From Ignavibacteriota bacterium (GTDB lineage Bacteria > Bacteroidota > Ignavibacteria > UBA10030), in contig JAKEEG010000091.1 in the NCBI GenBank assembly GCA_022616555.1, positions 1,016-65,015 on the forward strand: a DNA stretch of 64,000 nucleotides, given 5' to 3'. Each line of letters starts with the position of its first letter. Positions within the stretch are counted from its first letter, which is position 1. Both the position numbers and the translations under genes were made by a program. Under the pieces are notes generated by a model. That model searched no databases. It saw only the letters and a list, made by a program, of their open reading frames with translations, and was not told the DNA's origin. Of the stretch, positions 20,954 through 33,500 are shown in pieces.

Positions 20954-21721
20954 CTATCCCTGTGCGTTTAAGATTTCTGCCGCAGCTTGTAACTGTTCAT
21001 GCGTGTTGATACCTTGAATTTCATCCGGTGTAGGCGCCTTCACCGCTGCAACCTTCCACCCTTGTTTCCAAAAATAGCCGAACACATCTGTCAGATAATA
21101 CTCTTTCTGCGCATTATGGGTCGTGATATGCTTTAGACCATCGAACAGGCTCTCGCGTTTAAACACATAAATCCCCGAATTAATTTCCCGGACAGCCAGT
21201 TCGCCTTGCGATGCGTCTTTGTGCTCAACGATCTTCTCTACCAATCCTTGCGAATTGCGAATAATTCGCCCGTAGCCCGCCGGGTTTTCAAGTTCTGCCG
21301 TCAGCACCGTAGCGACTGTTTCAGTGGACAAATGTACACGCAAGAGGTCAATTAACGTCTCTTGTTTTAATAAGGGAACATCACCCGAGAGCACGAGCAC
21401 ATTGCCTGAAAAACTTTTCAACAAAGATTCGGTTTGCATCACGGCGTGCCCCGTTCCTAATTGGGGCTCTTGTACAACAAATTCCACGTTAGGATGGGAT
21501 ACATTCAGATATGCCTTCACCCCATCACGTTGAAATCCGACAATGACGAGAACCCTTGTAGAGCCTATTGCTAAAGCCGTATCCACCACGTAGTGCAACA
21601 TCGGCTTGCCGCGCAAATCAAACATCACTTTTGCCTTGTCAGTGCTCTTCATGCGCGTGCCCTTGCCGGCAGCCATGATGACTGTCGCAAGGCTCGTCTT
21701 TATATTTGACGCTGCTGACAC
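20954..21721 (-). CDS. Sugar-phosphate nucleotidyltransferase: GlmU uridyltransferase domain only
   Basis: MAAGKGTRMKS, QLGTGHAV, LSGDVPL, GYGRIIR, EINSGIY, EYYLTD; ends before the hexapeptide acetyltransferase domain. Confidence 0.88.
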   Translation of the reverse strand: MSAASNIKTSLATVIMAAGKGTRMKSTDKAKVMFDLRGKPMLHYVVDTALAIGSTRVLVIVGFQRDGVKAYLNVSHPNVEFVVQEPQLGTGHAVMQTESLLKSFSGNVLVLSGDVPLLKQETLIDLLRVHLSTETVATVLTAELENPAGYGRIIRNSQGLVEKIVEHKDASQGELAVREINSGIYVFKRESLFDGLKHITTHNAQKEYYLTDVFGYFWKQGWKVAAVKAPTPDEIQGINTHEQLQAAAEILNAQG

Positions 21722-21741
21722 TGATTCAGTTCCCTTTCCAG

Positions 21742-22596
21742 CTATGATGAAACACTCACAAGATGATTATCAATGAGCCGCGTGCCCCCGAATCGAACTG
21801 CCAGCGCGATGAGTACTGATGGCGGTTGAATATGCTCAATTTCTTGAAACAAATCTGGGCGCACAAACGCAATGTAATCGATTTGTGTCGGTTGCGCAGA
21901 TTGCAGCATCCGTTTCATCTCTGCGCGAAGAATATCAACAGAACGCTCGCCTTGTTGAATTTTCTCTTTTGCAAATTTCAGCGAGCGATACAACTGCGTT
22001 GCCCTCTCGCGTTCCGTTCCATTGAGATACACATTGCGCGAGCTTAACGCCAGGCCATCCTTTTCGCGAACTATGGGCGCTACAACGACAGATGTCTCAA
22101 CATTGAGATCGCTCACCATTTTTTGGATCAGGAAGGCTTGCTGCGCATCCTTCTGGCCAAAGACAACCGCGTGCGGCTTTGTGATGTTTAGCAGCTTCAG
22201 CACCACCGTCGTAACTCCCCGGAAATGTGTGGGACGAAACTTGCCTTCGAGTATCCTTGACCCGTGCTCCACTTCAACGTATGAGGCAAACCCTTCGGGA
22301 TACATCTCACGCACATCCGGGCTGAAGATAATCGTAGAACCAGCTTCCTCAGCCTTCTTACAGTCACGTTCGAAATCGCGAGGATAACGTTCAAAATCTT
22401 CGCCGGGCCCAAACTGCGTTGGATTAACAAAGATCGTCGTAATCACTACGTCAGAAAGTTCTCGAGCTTTCACAATCAGGCTTGTATGTCCGGCGTGTAA
22501 AAATCCCATTGTCGGTACAACACCAATGCGCTTGCCCTCGCGGCGCAGCTGCTCGGAGGTTTCCTGCATTTCACGGACTGTAGCAATTATTTTCAT
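21742..22596 (-). CDS. panC: Pantoate--beta-alanine ligase
   Basis: VPTMGFLHAGH, FVNPTQF, FGQKDAQQ, GLALSSRN, RLIDN. Confidence 0.97.
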   Translation of the reverse strand: MKIIATVREMQETSEQLRREGKRIGVVPTMGFLHAGHTSLIVKARELSDVVITTIFVNPTQFGPGEDFERYPRDFERDCKKAEEAGSTIIFSPDVREMYPEGFASYVEVEHGSRILEGKFRPTHFRGVTTVVLKLLNITKPHAVVFGQKDAQQAFLIQKMVSDLNVETSVVVAPIVREKDGLALSSRNVYLNGTERERATQLYRSLKFAKEKIQQGERSVDILRAEMKRMLQSAQPTQIDYIAFVRPDLFQEIEHIQPPSVLIALAVRFGGTRLIDNHLVSVSS

Positions 22597-22901
22597 ACAA
22601 ACCGAATATCAAATTTGCGCATTAGAGCCTATTTAGAGCAAGTCAAATGGTCAACCCTGTGCGAGATACCACCCGGCGGGTGTGGGAAAAATCCACGCAC
22701 GTTTGGGGAACTTCCACACGTATCGTATAAACGCGTTGAGACCGCTAAAACGCTTTATCCAGCATACGACATTAAAAAAGTTTCAATTTTTGAATATATA
22801 GAACACTGAAAGAACAAGACAAAGCGGATCGTCGCAGATAAAGAATCAAAATAATCCGTTTTGATCCAATTGTTTCAGCGCAAATCCGCGTCCTATTTTT
22901 C

Positions 22902-23804
22902 CTATATAATCTTCTTCCCAAAACCCGATTGAATCAGCTCCACCGCGAACTCTGCCGACTGGTTGTGGTGGTCTAAGATAGGATTGACTTCGACAACCTC
23001 CAATGAGGACATTTTCCCAGCTTCGTTGAGCGACTCCATAATCAAATGTGCTTCGCGGTAATTTAACCCGCCCTTGACCGGAGTACCAACGCCCGGTGCG
23101 ACCGAAGGGTCGATGGCGTCAAGGTCAAGACTGACATGCAGGAAATCCACACCATTCAATTTACGTAAGGCTTTCGCAAGAACCACCGCCATGCCGTGCT
23201 TGTCGATTTCCTCCATTGTAAAGATATTGACGCCCTGGCTCTTAATAAGCGAACGCTCGCCGGGGTCTAATTCCCGCGTTGCGATGAGCACAACGTTCTT
23301 CGGGTCAACTTTTCGCGCGTCGCCTCCGACAGACGTCAGCTCAATCGCTCCCTTTCCAATAGACGTCGCCAAGGGCATGCCGTGGATGTTGCCGGAGGGG
23401 GTTGTTGCGTCGGTGTTTAAATCTCCGTGCGCATCGATCCAGAGCACTCCAAGCTTCTTGCTATCTTTAGAACAGTGGGCGGCAAGTCCGGCGATGGTAC
23501 CGATAGCAATGGAATGGTCGCCTCCAAGGACGAGCGGAAAGCCCCCGCCCTGAAGAATCCTTTCTACCTTGCCGGCGAGGTTTGTGCACGCCCTGACTAT
23601 TTCGGGAAGATAGCGGAGTTTCTCGTTGCGGATGCGCTGAAGTTCTGGAGCCTTGACTGGAACATCACCTTCATCAACAACGGTATGTCCAAGTGTGCGT
23701 AATTTTTCGGCGACGCCCGCGATGCGGATTGCCGAAGGCCCCATATCGACTCCCCGGCGTCCCGCGCCGAGGTCCATCGGAACTCCAAGGATATGAATTT
23801 TCAT
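22902..23804 (-). CDS. rocF: Arginase
   Basis: GGDHSIA, DAHGD, SGNIHGMP, SLDLDAIDP, EVNP. Confidence 0.95.
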   Translation of the reverse strand: MKIHILGVPMDLGAGRRGVDMGPSAIRIAGVAEKLRTLGHTVVDEGDVPVKAPELQRIRNEKLRYLPEIVRACTNLAGKVERILQGGGFPLVLGGDHSIAIGTIAGLAAHCSKDSKKLGVLWIDAHGDLNTDATTPSGNIHGMPLATSIGKGAIELTSVGGDARKVDPKNVVLIATRELDPGERSLIKSQGVNIFTMEEIDKHGMAVVLAKALRKLNGVDFLHVSLDLDAIDPSVAPGVGTPVKGGLNYREAHLIMESLNEAGKMSSLEVVEVNPILDHHNQSAEFAVELIQSGFGKKII

Positions 23805-23874
23805 ACATGTCCAAAACTTTATAGTGTAGAATCAATGAATCAGTATTAGCTTCCCCTCGTTCACAAATGCCCAG

Positions 23875-24729
23875 CTACCCTTCAATCAACCTTAACATCT
23901 TCGCGATGGTGGCGCGTAAATCTTTACGCGGCGTTACAACATCCACGAAGCCTTTTTCCATCAAAAACTCTGAGCGTTGAAAACCCGGCGGCAAGTCCTT
24001 TCCAACAGCCTGCTTAATGACACGCGGACCCGCAAACCCAATGAGCGCGCCGGGCTCTGCAATATGAATGTCGCCCAACATGGCAAAACTGGCGGTTACG
24101 CCACCTGTCGTTGGGTCGGTCAGAACAGAAATATACGGCACACCGGCATCCGAAAGCTGGGCGAGCTTTGCGCTCGTTTTTGCGAGCTGCATCAGCGAGA
24201 GGGCGCTCTCCATCATACGTGCTCCCCCGCTGGAAGAAATAATAATGAGGGGAATTTCCTCCTCACGAGCTTTGTCGATAACTCTTGAAAGTTTTTCGCC
24301 CACAACTGAGCCCATACTCCCGCCGATGAAGGCAAAATCCATGCATGCCATGGCAACAGGAATTTTCTCAATTTCTCCCGTTCCCGTGCGGACGGCGTCC
24401 ATCAGCGACGTTTTTTTCATCGTGTCCGTCAAGCGTTTGTCGTACGGTTTGGTGTCAACGAAATTCAGCACGTCGACTGAACGCATTTTTTTGTCCATCT
24501 CCTTGAACGAGCCTTCATCAAGAAGAATGGCAAAATACTCTTTACTGCCGATACGGAAATGCGTGTTGCATTTCGGACAGCAAAAAAGATTTTGCTCCAG
24601 TTGCTTTTTGTGGATGATTTCGCCACAGCCGGGACATTTCGTCCACTGGCCGTCCGGCATATCCTTCTTCTGCGCTTCGCCCGTTATGCCTTCCTTTGAA
24701 CGCCTGAACCATGCCATAAGTTTATCCAA
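23875..24729 (-). CDS. accD: Acetyl-CoA carboxylase carboxyltransferase beta subunit
   Basis: Zinc finger CPGC..CPKC, GGSMGSVVGEK, SGGARM, DPTTGGVTASFA, GFAGPRVI. Confidence 0.97.
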   Translation of the reverse strand: MDKLMAWFRRSKEGITGEAQKKDMPDGQWTKCPGCGEIIHKKQLEQNLFCCPKCNTHFRIGSKEYFAILLDEGSFKEMDKKMRSVDVLNFVDTKPYDKRLTDTMKKTSLMDAVRTGTGEIEKIPVAMACMDFAFIGGSMGSVVGEKLSRVIDKAREEEIPLIIISSSGGARMMESALSLMQLAKTSAKLAQLSDAGVPYISVLTDPTTGGVTASFAMLGDIHIAEPGALIGFAGPRVIKQAVGKDLPPGFQRSEFLMEKGFVDVVTPRKDLRATIAKMLRLIEG

Positions 24730-24761
24730 TCAGAATGTAATGTTGATACTACGATTGCATA

Positions 24762-25439
24762 CTACCGCGCAGCCTTCACGACGAAATCCTTCAAATACAT
24801 CGGTTCAACTGCAGCAAGATCCGCAACGTCTTTCGCATGGATTTTTTTCAAGCCCAATCGCGCAACTGCTTCAGCACGACAATACTCTGTAAAACTCCCG
24901 AATTGAACTTTTTTATCTAACTCTTTCTCCCACACTTCACGCGAATCGGTGACAATAAATTCCACGCTTTCAGACCGCATCCGTCGGGCTGACTGAGCCG
25001 TCGCCAGTACTTGAAGCTTGCCTACGGACTGAACTTTGTTGCCTTGCGTCAAATATGTCCCAATATAATGCTCGCCTTGCTTTGCATCCAGCACCACCGC
25101 AACCTTTGACGCAGAAGATTTCGAACTGACCACGGTTTCTATCACAGCATCGAAGGTTGAGACGGCAACCAACAGCTTATCCAACGAGTAGCACAAACCC
25201 TTCGCGCTGCTTAACCCGATACGGAGTCCCGTAAAGGATCCTGGCCCGATGGAAACCGAAACACCCGCAATATCGTGCATCTCAATTCGGGCTTCAAGAA
25301 ACACTTCCCGCACCAGTGTCAACAATTTTTCCGAATGCACGCGAGCTTCGATCATCGACCGTTCCGCCAGCACGCCAGAATCACTCAAGAGGCATACACC
25401 GCACACTTCAGTCGATGTTTCAAGGCCAAGAACGATCAT
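24762..25439 (-). CDS. tsaB: tRNA t6A biosynthesis protein TsaB
   Basis: LGLETST, HSEKL, GPGSFTGLRIG, EPMYLK. Confidence 0.93.
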   Translation of the reverse strand: MIVLGLETSTEVCGVCLLSDSGVLAERSMIEARVHSEKLLTLVREVFLEARIEMHDIAGVSVSIGPGSFTGLRIGLSSAKGLCYSLDKLLVAVSTFDAVIETVVSSKSSASKVAVVLDAKQGEHYIGTYLTQGNKVQSVGKLQVLATAQSARRMRSESVEFIVTDSREVWEKELDKKVQFGSFTEYCRAEAVARLGLKKIHAKDVADLAAVEPMYLKDFVVKAAR

Positions 25440-25930
25440 GCGCGCGCTTTCCTGCGGCTAACAGACGATGCATCGTCACGCTTGTCTTCCACTGAATGAA
25501 TTTCTATCGTCCGTTCGTGCTCTTGTTCACCGAATGAAAGCCGCACATCATAACGCCGCGGGGGCAACAACTCACCCAAGAATTCAGCCCACTCCACAAA
25601 AGCTATTCCATTGCTGTAAAAAATTTCTTCATAGCCGATATCATAGATTTCTTCAAGCGATTTCACCCTATAGAGATCAAGATGATAAAGCAAGAGCTCA
25701 TTTCCTGTCGAGTCCTTGCCGCCGTAGCGGTTGAGAATCACAAACGTTGGGCTGGTAACCGGCTCATGGACTCCGAACGCCTCGCACATACCTTTGACGA
25801 AATGCGTCTTGCCGGCTCCCAACTCGCCTGAAAGAGCAACAACGTCGCCGCGCCGAAGTTCTGCAGCGAAGGCGCGCGCAAGTGCGCGTGTTTCGTCTTC
25901 CGAGCGCGTCATCGTGCGGCGTTGGGTCAT
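25436..25930 (-). CDS. tsaE: tRNA t6A biosynthesis ATPase TsaE
   Basis: GELGAGKT, VTSPTF, HLDLYR, VEWAE. Confidence 0.95.
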   Translation of the reverse strand: MTQRRTMTRSEDETRALARAFAAELRRGDVVALSGELGAGKTHFVKGMCEAFGVHEPVTSPTFVILNRYGGKDSTGNELLLYHLDLYRVKSLEEIYDIGYEEIFYSNGIAFVEWAEFLGELLPPRRYDVRLSFGEQEHERTIEIHSVEDKRDDASSVSRRKARA

Positions 25931-27492
25931 TTTGGCGTCAATTTTACGACGGGCAGTATCATCTCTTCCATCGAGATGCCGCCGTGCTGAAAGCTGTCAC
26001 GGTACTGATTGAGATACTTATGATAATCCGTCGGATAGACGAAATAATAATCTTCCTTCGCCAAAATATAATTTGTGGTCACACCGCCGCGGGGCAACTT
26101 AAAATCGGTCGGGTTTTTGACAAACACCGCCTGCCGGTCGTCCACCTTCAGGTTACGGCCGAACTTGTAGCGGAGGTTCGTCGAGGCCTCGCGATCGCCT
26201 ATGACTTTCGAGCCGCGCAAACAGCGCACCGCTCCATGATCCGTCGTGAGAATGATGCTGACCTTTTTTTGCGTCGAGAGCGTTTTGAGCATTCCAAACA
26301 ACGCCGAATGCTGGAACCATGAGCGAGTCAGCGAGCGGTAGGCTGCCTCGTCCGGCGCAATCTCCTTGAGCAACGCGGAATCCGAACGCCCGTGCGCCAA
26401 CATATCCACAAAGTTCACCACGACCGCCGTGAGCTTGCTCTTGACGTATGACAGAATGCTTGCCTCTATCTGTCTGCCGAACTCCGCATCCAAAATTTTG
26501 ACGTACTTCGATTCGGGCTTAAGTTGGATTTTTTTGCGTTCAAGCAACTTGTCGAGTAGCTGATGCTCAAATCGGTTGCGGCTGTTTTCGTCGTCCTCTC
26601 CCGACTGCCAGACTTCCGGGAAACGCCTTTCGATGTCTATCGGAAACAAGCCGCTGAAAATCGCGTTGCGCGAATACGGAGTGGCAGTAGGTAGAATACT
26701 ATAATAGTAATCTTTTTGGATAAAAAAATAATCGGTTAACAGCCGTTCCATCACGAGCCATTGATCCAGCCTCATGCAATCAATGACGAACAAGAATACT
26801 GACTCGGTTTGGTCGAGCTCCGGCAGAACATGTTGTTCCACCACTTCGTTTGAAAGCACCGGTTTGACAGATCGCTGATCGATCCAATTCCTGTAATTGC
26901 GTTCAATGAACTTCCCGAACTCCACGTTGCACTCGCGCTTCTGGTCAATGAGAGTCTGCCGCAACCCCAATTCGGGGTGTTCGTCCAACTCGATATCCCA
27001 GTTCGTGAGCTTGATATACAAATCCACCCATCCGAAATGATCCAACGGGTTCATGAGCGCAAGAGAAATCTGCTGGAATTCCTGCGTATAATCTCTTGAA
27101 ACGTGCTCGCTGGTAATTTTCTTTGCCTCGAGGAATTTCTTGCATGCCAGCAAGACCTGGTTTGGATTTACCGGTTTAAGCAAATAATCGCTGATCTTCC
27201 CTCCAATCGCTTCTTCCATCAGGCTTTCCGCCTCATTTTTTGTCACCATGACGATCGGCAGGTTCGGCAAGAGGTCTTTAATATACGAAAGCGTCTTCAG
27301 GCCACCCATACCGGGCATCATCTCATCAAGGAACACCAGCCCGTAATTTTTGGATTGCACCATCTCCACGGCGTCTTCTCCATTCGTCGCCGTATCGACG
27401 TCATATCCCTTCTGTTGAAGCAACAGCAGGTGCGGTTTCAAGAGGTCGATTTCATCGTCAACCCAGAGAATGTTTCGCGAAGTTTCAATCAT
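25927..27492 (-). CDS. porX: Response regulator with PglZ (alkaline phosphatase) domain, PorX family
   Basis: Receiver domain (WVDDEIDLLKPH, FLDEMMPG) plus PglZ (DCMRLDQW, SILPTATPYSRNAIF, DHG, FQHGGISMEEM). Confidence 0.93.
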   Translation of the reverse strand: MIETSRNILWVDDEIDLLKPHLLLLQQKGYDVDTATNGEDAVEMVQSKNYGLVFLDEMMPGMGGLKTLSYIKDLLPNLPIVMVTKNEAESLMEEAIGGKISDYLLKPVNPNQVLLACKKFLEAKKITSEHVSRDYTQEFQQISLALMNPLDHFGWVDLYIKLTNWDIELDEHPELGLRQTLIDQKRECNVEFGKFIERNYRNWIDQRSVKPVLSNEVVEQHVLPELDQTESVFLFVIDCMRLDQWLVMERLLTDYFFIQKDYYYSILPTATPYSRNAIFSGLFPIDIERRFPEVWQSGEDDENSRNRFEHQLLDKLLERKKIQLKPESKYVKILDAEFGRQIEASILSYVKSKLTAVVVNFVDMLAHGRSDSALLKEIAPDEAAYRSLTRSWFQHSALFGMLKTLSTQKKVSIILTTDHGAVRCLRGSKVIGDREASTNLRYKFGRNLKVDDRQAVFVKNPTDFKLPRGGVTTNYILAKEDYYFVYPTDYHKYLNQYRDSFQHGGISMEEMILPVVKLTPK

Positions 27493-27587
27493 AACGAGAG
27501 CTGCATCGAGTGTACCAGCAAGAAAAACATAGGCATTAAAGCCAAAAGAAGCAATGAACGCACATCGTACCGAGCATCTACAACATG

Positions 27588-30500
27588 TTATGGCTGTATG
27601 GAAAGCCGGATATCTAAACCAAGATCATTGACAGTCGAGCCCGGAATGCGCGAGCCGCCTTCATCCGGTTTCAGCGCGGTGTACTTGTAAAAGAGCGAAG
27701 CAGTGACGCGTGCACTCAGAACGTACCGGATACGCGTTTCCATCGTCGTGCGGCTGGAACCCTCCAGCGGAGTTCCATCCTTTTTAAAGTCCTCTTTAAA
27801 ATTATACACTCTTCTGGTATTCCGTGAGTACGTGTAGGAGAAGGTAATATCCAAGTCATTCGAGAGCGACAGCCCAAAGAAAGGAAACTCAAATCCCTTC
27901 CGCCCGTACGTTGCCGAGATAGCGATATCGCTGGTATTTGCTTCAACGATGTTCAAGGAGGACGGTGAGAGATCAAGCGACGTCGACGTCCCGTAGCGAA
28001 CATTACTGCTTAAGTTTCCTTTCAAGACTTCGCCGAAGGAGATGTCAAACCCGAGCAGCGGGCTAAAGCCATACACCACTTGCTGACTCTCGGTAATTTC
28101 ATTCCCAGTGGTGACCGAAAGTTTCCAGCGACGACGGTACGTTGACGTATAGCTATGGGTAAAGCTTACGCGTTGAGCCAGCGACGAGAAGAGCGGCAAT
28201 TTTTCCAAGCCATCCCAGCGCAACGACCAATTCGGCCGGGGCAACAATTCGCCAAAAATGCTCTTGCCGATGGGAAGGGCTTCGAGCCCTTCTTCAAACG
28301 CCTGCGAAAGCTTTGCGTCCTCTGTCCTGGTGTCCGTGGAGTTTCTCTTCAGGTTTTCATAAAGCTTATTCATATCCTCGATGCTTGTTTTGAAAAACTT
28401 AAAAAACAGAGTCGGGGGCATCGTGAAAAATGAACGGTCTATGCTGCCGCCCACTACTCTGCTCAGAACTTCCGGGCGCCCCTCGGCATCCGTGCGAATC
28501 GTCTTGTTGACGTTATAATCCCAGTTGAGCGACCAATTCAATTCGAGCCTGGCGCCCTGCCATAACTGGCGCGAGGTTTTCATCGAGACACGGTTCCCCT
28601 GGCTAAAGATGTCATTCATGCTGCCGTTCGGTGCGCGCAGTCCGGGAATGGTCGTCGCAGTAAAGAAGGGGAACCTCCCACTGCTGTTCAGCAGAACCTT
28701 CCCGTGTGGGTCAGATGACAACCCAAGTTGATATAACAACGACGGTCCGTACTCCGGCAAGGATTCCTGAAAGAATGGTACTCGAGCAAACAGATTGTTA
28801 AAACCGGTCCTCCCTATCAGTCCACTGTTCTGCGAACGGTTATTTTGCGAAAACGAAATACTGAATTTATCAAAATCAAAAAATGGAATTTTGATAAACA
28901 GCCGGCTTAGCTGTTCCAGCCTCGAGCCAAGCGTTGCCCCTTTACCGGCACTCGTATCGTTCGGGCTGGGTGCGGGTTTGACATCAGGCCAAATCTTGCT
29001 CCCAAGCTGCTTAATATTAATATCGAAATTTGTGCTGAGGCTGCTATTCCATTGTCCTGATCTTCCCAGTTCGCCGGCCTGAATATTATTCTGCCAATTG
29101 TACCGTGAACTGTAACGGCTGTTGAGTGTGATAATTTTATCAAGTTCCCAAATAGGCGGCACCGTTGGTCGTGGGGTGATGTTAATCGTCTGCGCGTAAC
29201 CTTGAGTTACACCAAAGTCAATGAGACGTGTTCCGCCAAAGATATCTCCCAAAATGCTCGTAAACGGACGTTGTCGCCCGAGTGAATCCAATTCAAAATG
29301 GAGCAGGCTGCTGGTAATCGACAAATCATAATCAGTCGCGAGGTTAAGCAACCCGCCATCGGCTATCGGCCAATTAAAATTGAACGAGCGCGTGGCATTT
29401 AGGTTACGCACAGTGGGTTTCGGCAACGCCTGCAGCCGGGTATGTTCATAAGCTTGGCTGCGATTTAATACGGCGGAAGTGCCAATCGACTTCGGCGCAT
29501 AGTAAAGACGAACTTTCTTCCATGGGCTCAATAAGAAAAAATCACCTAACACCGAAAACGGCTCAACGTAATTATCGCCGTAATCCGCGGCGTACGCAAG
29601 TCGGGAATTCCATCCCCATTGACGGTAATACAATGTTTGCGGATTACGTCTGGTAGACGTATTGTACGTGAACCCAAACGTCAAGCTATTTATCGTTTTC
29701 GTTACCCACCACGATTCCGAAGGAAGAACAATTTTAACGTTCGGCAGGGCATAATTTTCCGTCACAACAAGCGTCTGGCTCCTGAGACGTATGTCGTTCG
29801 CTTCCTGATTTGCCGCACCGTTAGACCCGTTTTGCTGCTGAACAAGGTCCACCGCTTCGTCCACAACAATGTCCGTCCCGGGAAGATACTTTGGTCGTTG
29901 CATCACTTCCGTATGCGAGTAACTAAAAGCGAGCTTCGAACCTCGCCACGAAGCTGGAAGAAACTTTTCAAAACCGACATTTGCCGCAAGATTCCAATTG
30001 CGATCGGTATTGCGGGAACCAAATCTGTCTTCAAGGCCGTGGAAGAATGGGTCGCGTTCGGTCAAAGCGAACGAGACACTGGCAACATCGGCAAATTTGA
30101 TACTGGTATCAAACCGATACGCCCAACCCGGGGAATCATCCACGTCCGTAACGCGCATTTCGTTTACCCACAGTTCCCCGTTGAGGAACGCGGCTCCCTT
30201 GCCTGCGGGATTTTCCACACCGATGGTAATAAAGCGAATGGTTGTCAGCGTCGGAGAGCCTCGAACGCGATACACGGCACCGGGAGAACCGTTCGGCACC
30301 GGCACCGGCGGGCTAATGTTCACGATTGCGGCGCTATCCCGGCCTAATTTAATCGCCGTCAGCTCTTCAAATCGAATGGTGATGTCGTTGCCTACCCAAC
30401 CCGGGTGAACCGGGGCGCGGTACTCGTAGTAGTTCAATGTATCGGCGCCGAAACGCAAATAAATTTCAGCGTCGTAATTATCAAGATTTACATAGGCAAA

Positions 30501-33500
30501 TGTTTGACCCGGCCTATTTTCACCATGGATGAACATTTTCAGCGTACTATAGTTGAACACATCCATCGGGCGCGCAAAACGTTTGATCACCTCCCGTGTG
30601 TCGCCGTCGCCCAAGCCGTTGATCACGAGCGCGAGCGATTGTTCATTGAGCAGAATCTGCTCATCTGGCCTTGAACGGTCTCTCGCCCTCACAACGCCGG
30701 GCGGGGGCTCATAAAATCCGGGATTGTCCTCCACGCTGCGTTCCGTAACGCGGAATGTCGGGTCGTTTTTGATTCGTTCTTCCCAATTACTGCCGACCAA
30801 ATTGAATTCTGCAAGCCGGAGAAACACGCTGTCCTGCGCTCCTTCAATCCAGACACGAACAGCTTCGACAACAGTAAGGGTTGGCTCACCAATCTTCGTT
30901 GTAAATTCGTTCAGGGGAATACGGATTTGATGCCATTGGTTTGCGCCGCCGCCGGCGATGTATTTCCGGAAATTGGGGTTTGTCGTATCCATTGGAATAA
31001 CGTACTCGAAGTAGCTATTCGTGCGATCCAATATGCCATTATTGTTCAAATCCTCCGTGTCCGGAAATTGCCCAGCTTGACTCTTCGAATTTCCCTCTGT
31101 CCCATTGATTCCGATGTAATCTCTCGGCGTAGGGTCAATCGAATTTGTGAACGGCTGAACCCAGTCATCGCCGGAGGGGTCGGACGCGTACTCCCGGTAG
31201 CGCTGGATAAACGCCGCATATTTCGCTTGTTCCTGCGCGTTAGTTAGGGTATCCAACCCGATATCCTCTCCGGGATTCAAGATACCATTTCGACGGAGAG
31301 GATCTCCAAGACCGTCTTCCGTGTTAAGCTCTCTATTCGGGATGACGTCTTCGCTGATTTGCCCCAGATCGATGTGTAGCTTCACTGTCGGCTGGGCTTG
31401 GCCGATCTTCACCCAGAATTCGATATAGTTAATATTCTCATCAATGAGGTTCGTACCGGTCGTCCCTAATAACCTCATCATACCACCCCATGCTTGGGTT
31501 GGGTTCGCGCGAAACTTTGTATCGAGGTCCAACGAATAGTTGTACGCCCCACGCTGCCTCGGCTCGTAATAGAGGTCCAATACTCTCACCTGTTCACCGC
31601 CGCTCCTCACACTCTTCTCCGGACGCAACTCCGTTATTTCGACGTCGCCCGGGATGAGGTTAAACCATGTGAGCCGTGCCTTGTACTCCATCTTTGATGT
31701 ATCGGGCAGCAGTTGCGCAAGCACAAATGGGTCGTTTGTCGGGACTGTGGGGTCGTCGGGGTCGGGAACATACGTATCCAACTGCGACATGTAAAACGGC
31801 GGACTTGCATCAAACCACCTGCTATATTCAGTACCGAGGTAGACAGTTTTACGTGTACCCTCGAAATCATCGATAAACGCGATACCGCTGCCGCCATCCT
31901 GCGGGATCGTGCTCTTGCGCGTATTTGGGTCGGGAAGCATGTACGCCGCTTCACCTTTGAGAGAAAATGACGACGGCGCGTTCGTTTGAATACCGGGCAG
32001 CGCGTTCATGGCGCGCGTGAGAAAATCGAGATTGACGTTCGTTCCGCCATCAAAGCCGAGAATCGTATTACTAATCGGCTCCTCGCCGATCCGGACTTTA
32101 TCGTTCAGCGTTTGCTGATTCAGGTTCATCACAGTAAAACCCAGCCCTGTAGATTTTGAAAGCGCAAGATCTCCGCGCGCGCCCAAGAGCGATTTTGACG
32201 CCAACTGAAAGAGGTCGTTCGCCTCATAACTAATTCGCACGTTCCGCCCCGGCACTAACAAGGATTGATTGCGAATCACCAACTGGCCTGTGATATAATC
32301 GACCGTGTAATCTGCCCCGGGAGTAGCCTCAACCCCATCAACCAAAACCTTGACGCTGCCTTCTACAAGGTTGCCAAAACCTAGATTATATGTTGAAGCG
32401 ATGGAGGCAGTCGTTTGCCCTTTGATAAGGAACCGGTTCCTTCGTGTGTTGTACAGGGCAGCCGTGTAGGTAGTATCATAGATATCCCCAAAGGTAAACG
32501 AATCCGCCTGTGCAATTGTCTTACCTTCATCAAGATAAAATCTGCGGATTCCTTCACGGAATGGTTCTAATGTCGGAAAAATCAGCTCGCCACGCGTTTC
32601 ATTGATAGTATAGGTGGAATAGTCAAATTTACCGTCAGAAGGCGAACCCGGTTCTTCACCGAATCGATCCAATCCCAGCACCTCCAATAGATTGAACTCA
32701 TCTATTGTTTCCTCCGCCGGCCTACCGGACGGTTCATAATAGACATTAAGCTCAAAGCCTTCCTTCTTGATGCCTCTGCCGCCAAGAGGGTAGATGTTTT
32801 TTAACATCAACGGCCACGCGCGCTTAAAGGAAGGGTCTAACTTGCGAGGACGGACAAGTTTCATCACTAACTTGAGGGTTTTTGATGTATCTTTGGCTCC
32901 AAAGTTGCCGATATCGATTGTTCCTTGTAACCCAGGTCCTGGTAGTGTGTACGCTACCGCAATTGCCTGTTCGTGTTGAATCGAGCGATTAAGCGTAATA
33001 AAACCGGCACTTTCGTCGTATCGATAGTCCTCAGGATAGTTGAGCTTATAGAAAAGCCCAACCTCAACCTCGCCCTTCTTCTCTAAATCGCCAAAGTCAC
33101 CTTGCCGAGCGACTAAATCTGTTTGATATTTCTCAACAAGCTCCCGGTCAATAAATGCCACCACCTCGCGATCGGTGGGGTCTTGAATACCGGTACGCGA
33201 AACCCAAACTTCTATGTCACGAATCTGCTGTGAAAGATCTGGATCAGAGGGAATCTGTCCGAATATACGGTCAAACAACAGTATGTAGGCGGAATCCAAA
33301 AAGAAGTGTTGGTCCTTTACATAGTCGGTTGCTCGCCGCTCGAACGGCTGTGCTTGCGTGCCTCCTGAGATTTCGAACTCTTTGATCTGCCCCTTCTTTT
33401 GTGACGCCAGTGTCGTTAGGGTTAACGGGCCCAATTGAAACGCCGCTTTGACGCCAAAGAGAGCCTGGTTGCTGGAGATAAACGACGACTTTGTCGCTAA

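Noticed and set aside
22824..22890. Degenerate GCGGAT..GCAGAT / ATCCGC inverted repeat after rocF
   Set aside because: Single, poorly paired copy; probably a decayed repeat or terminator.
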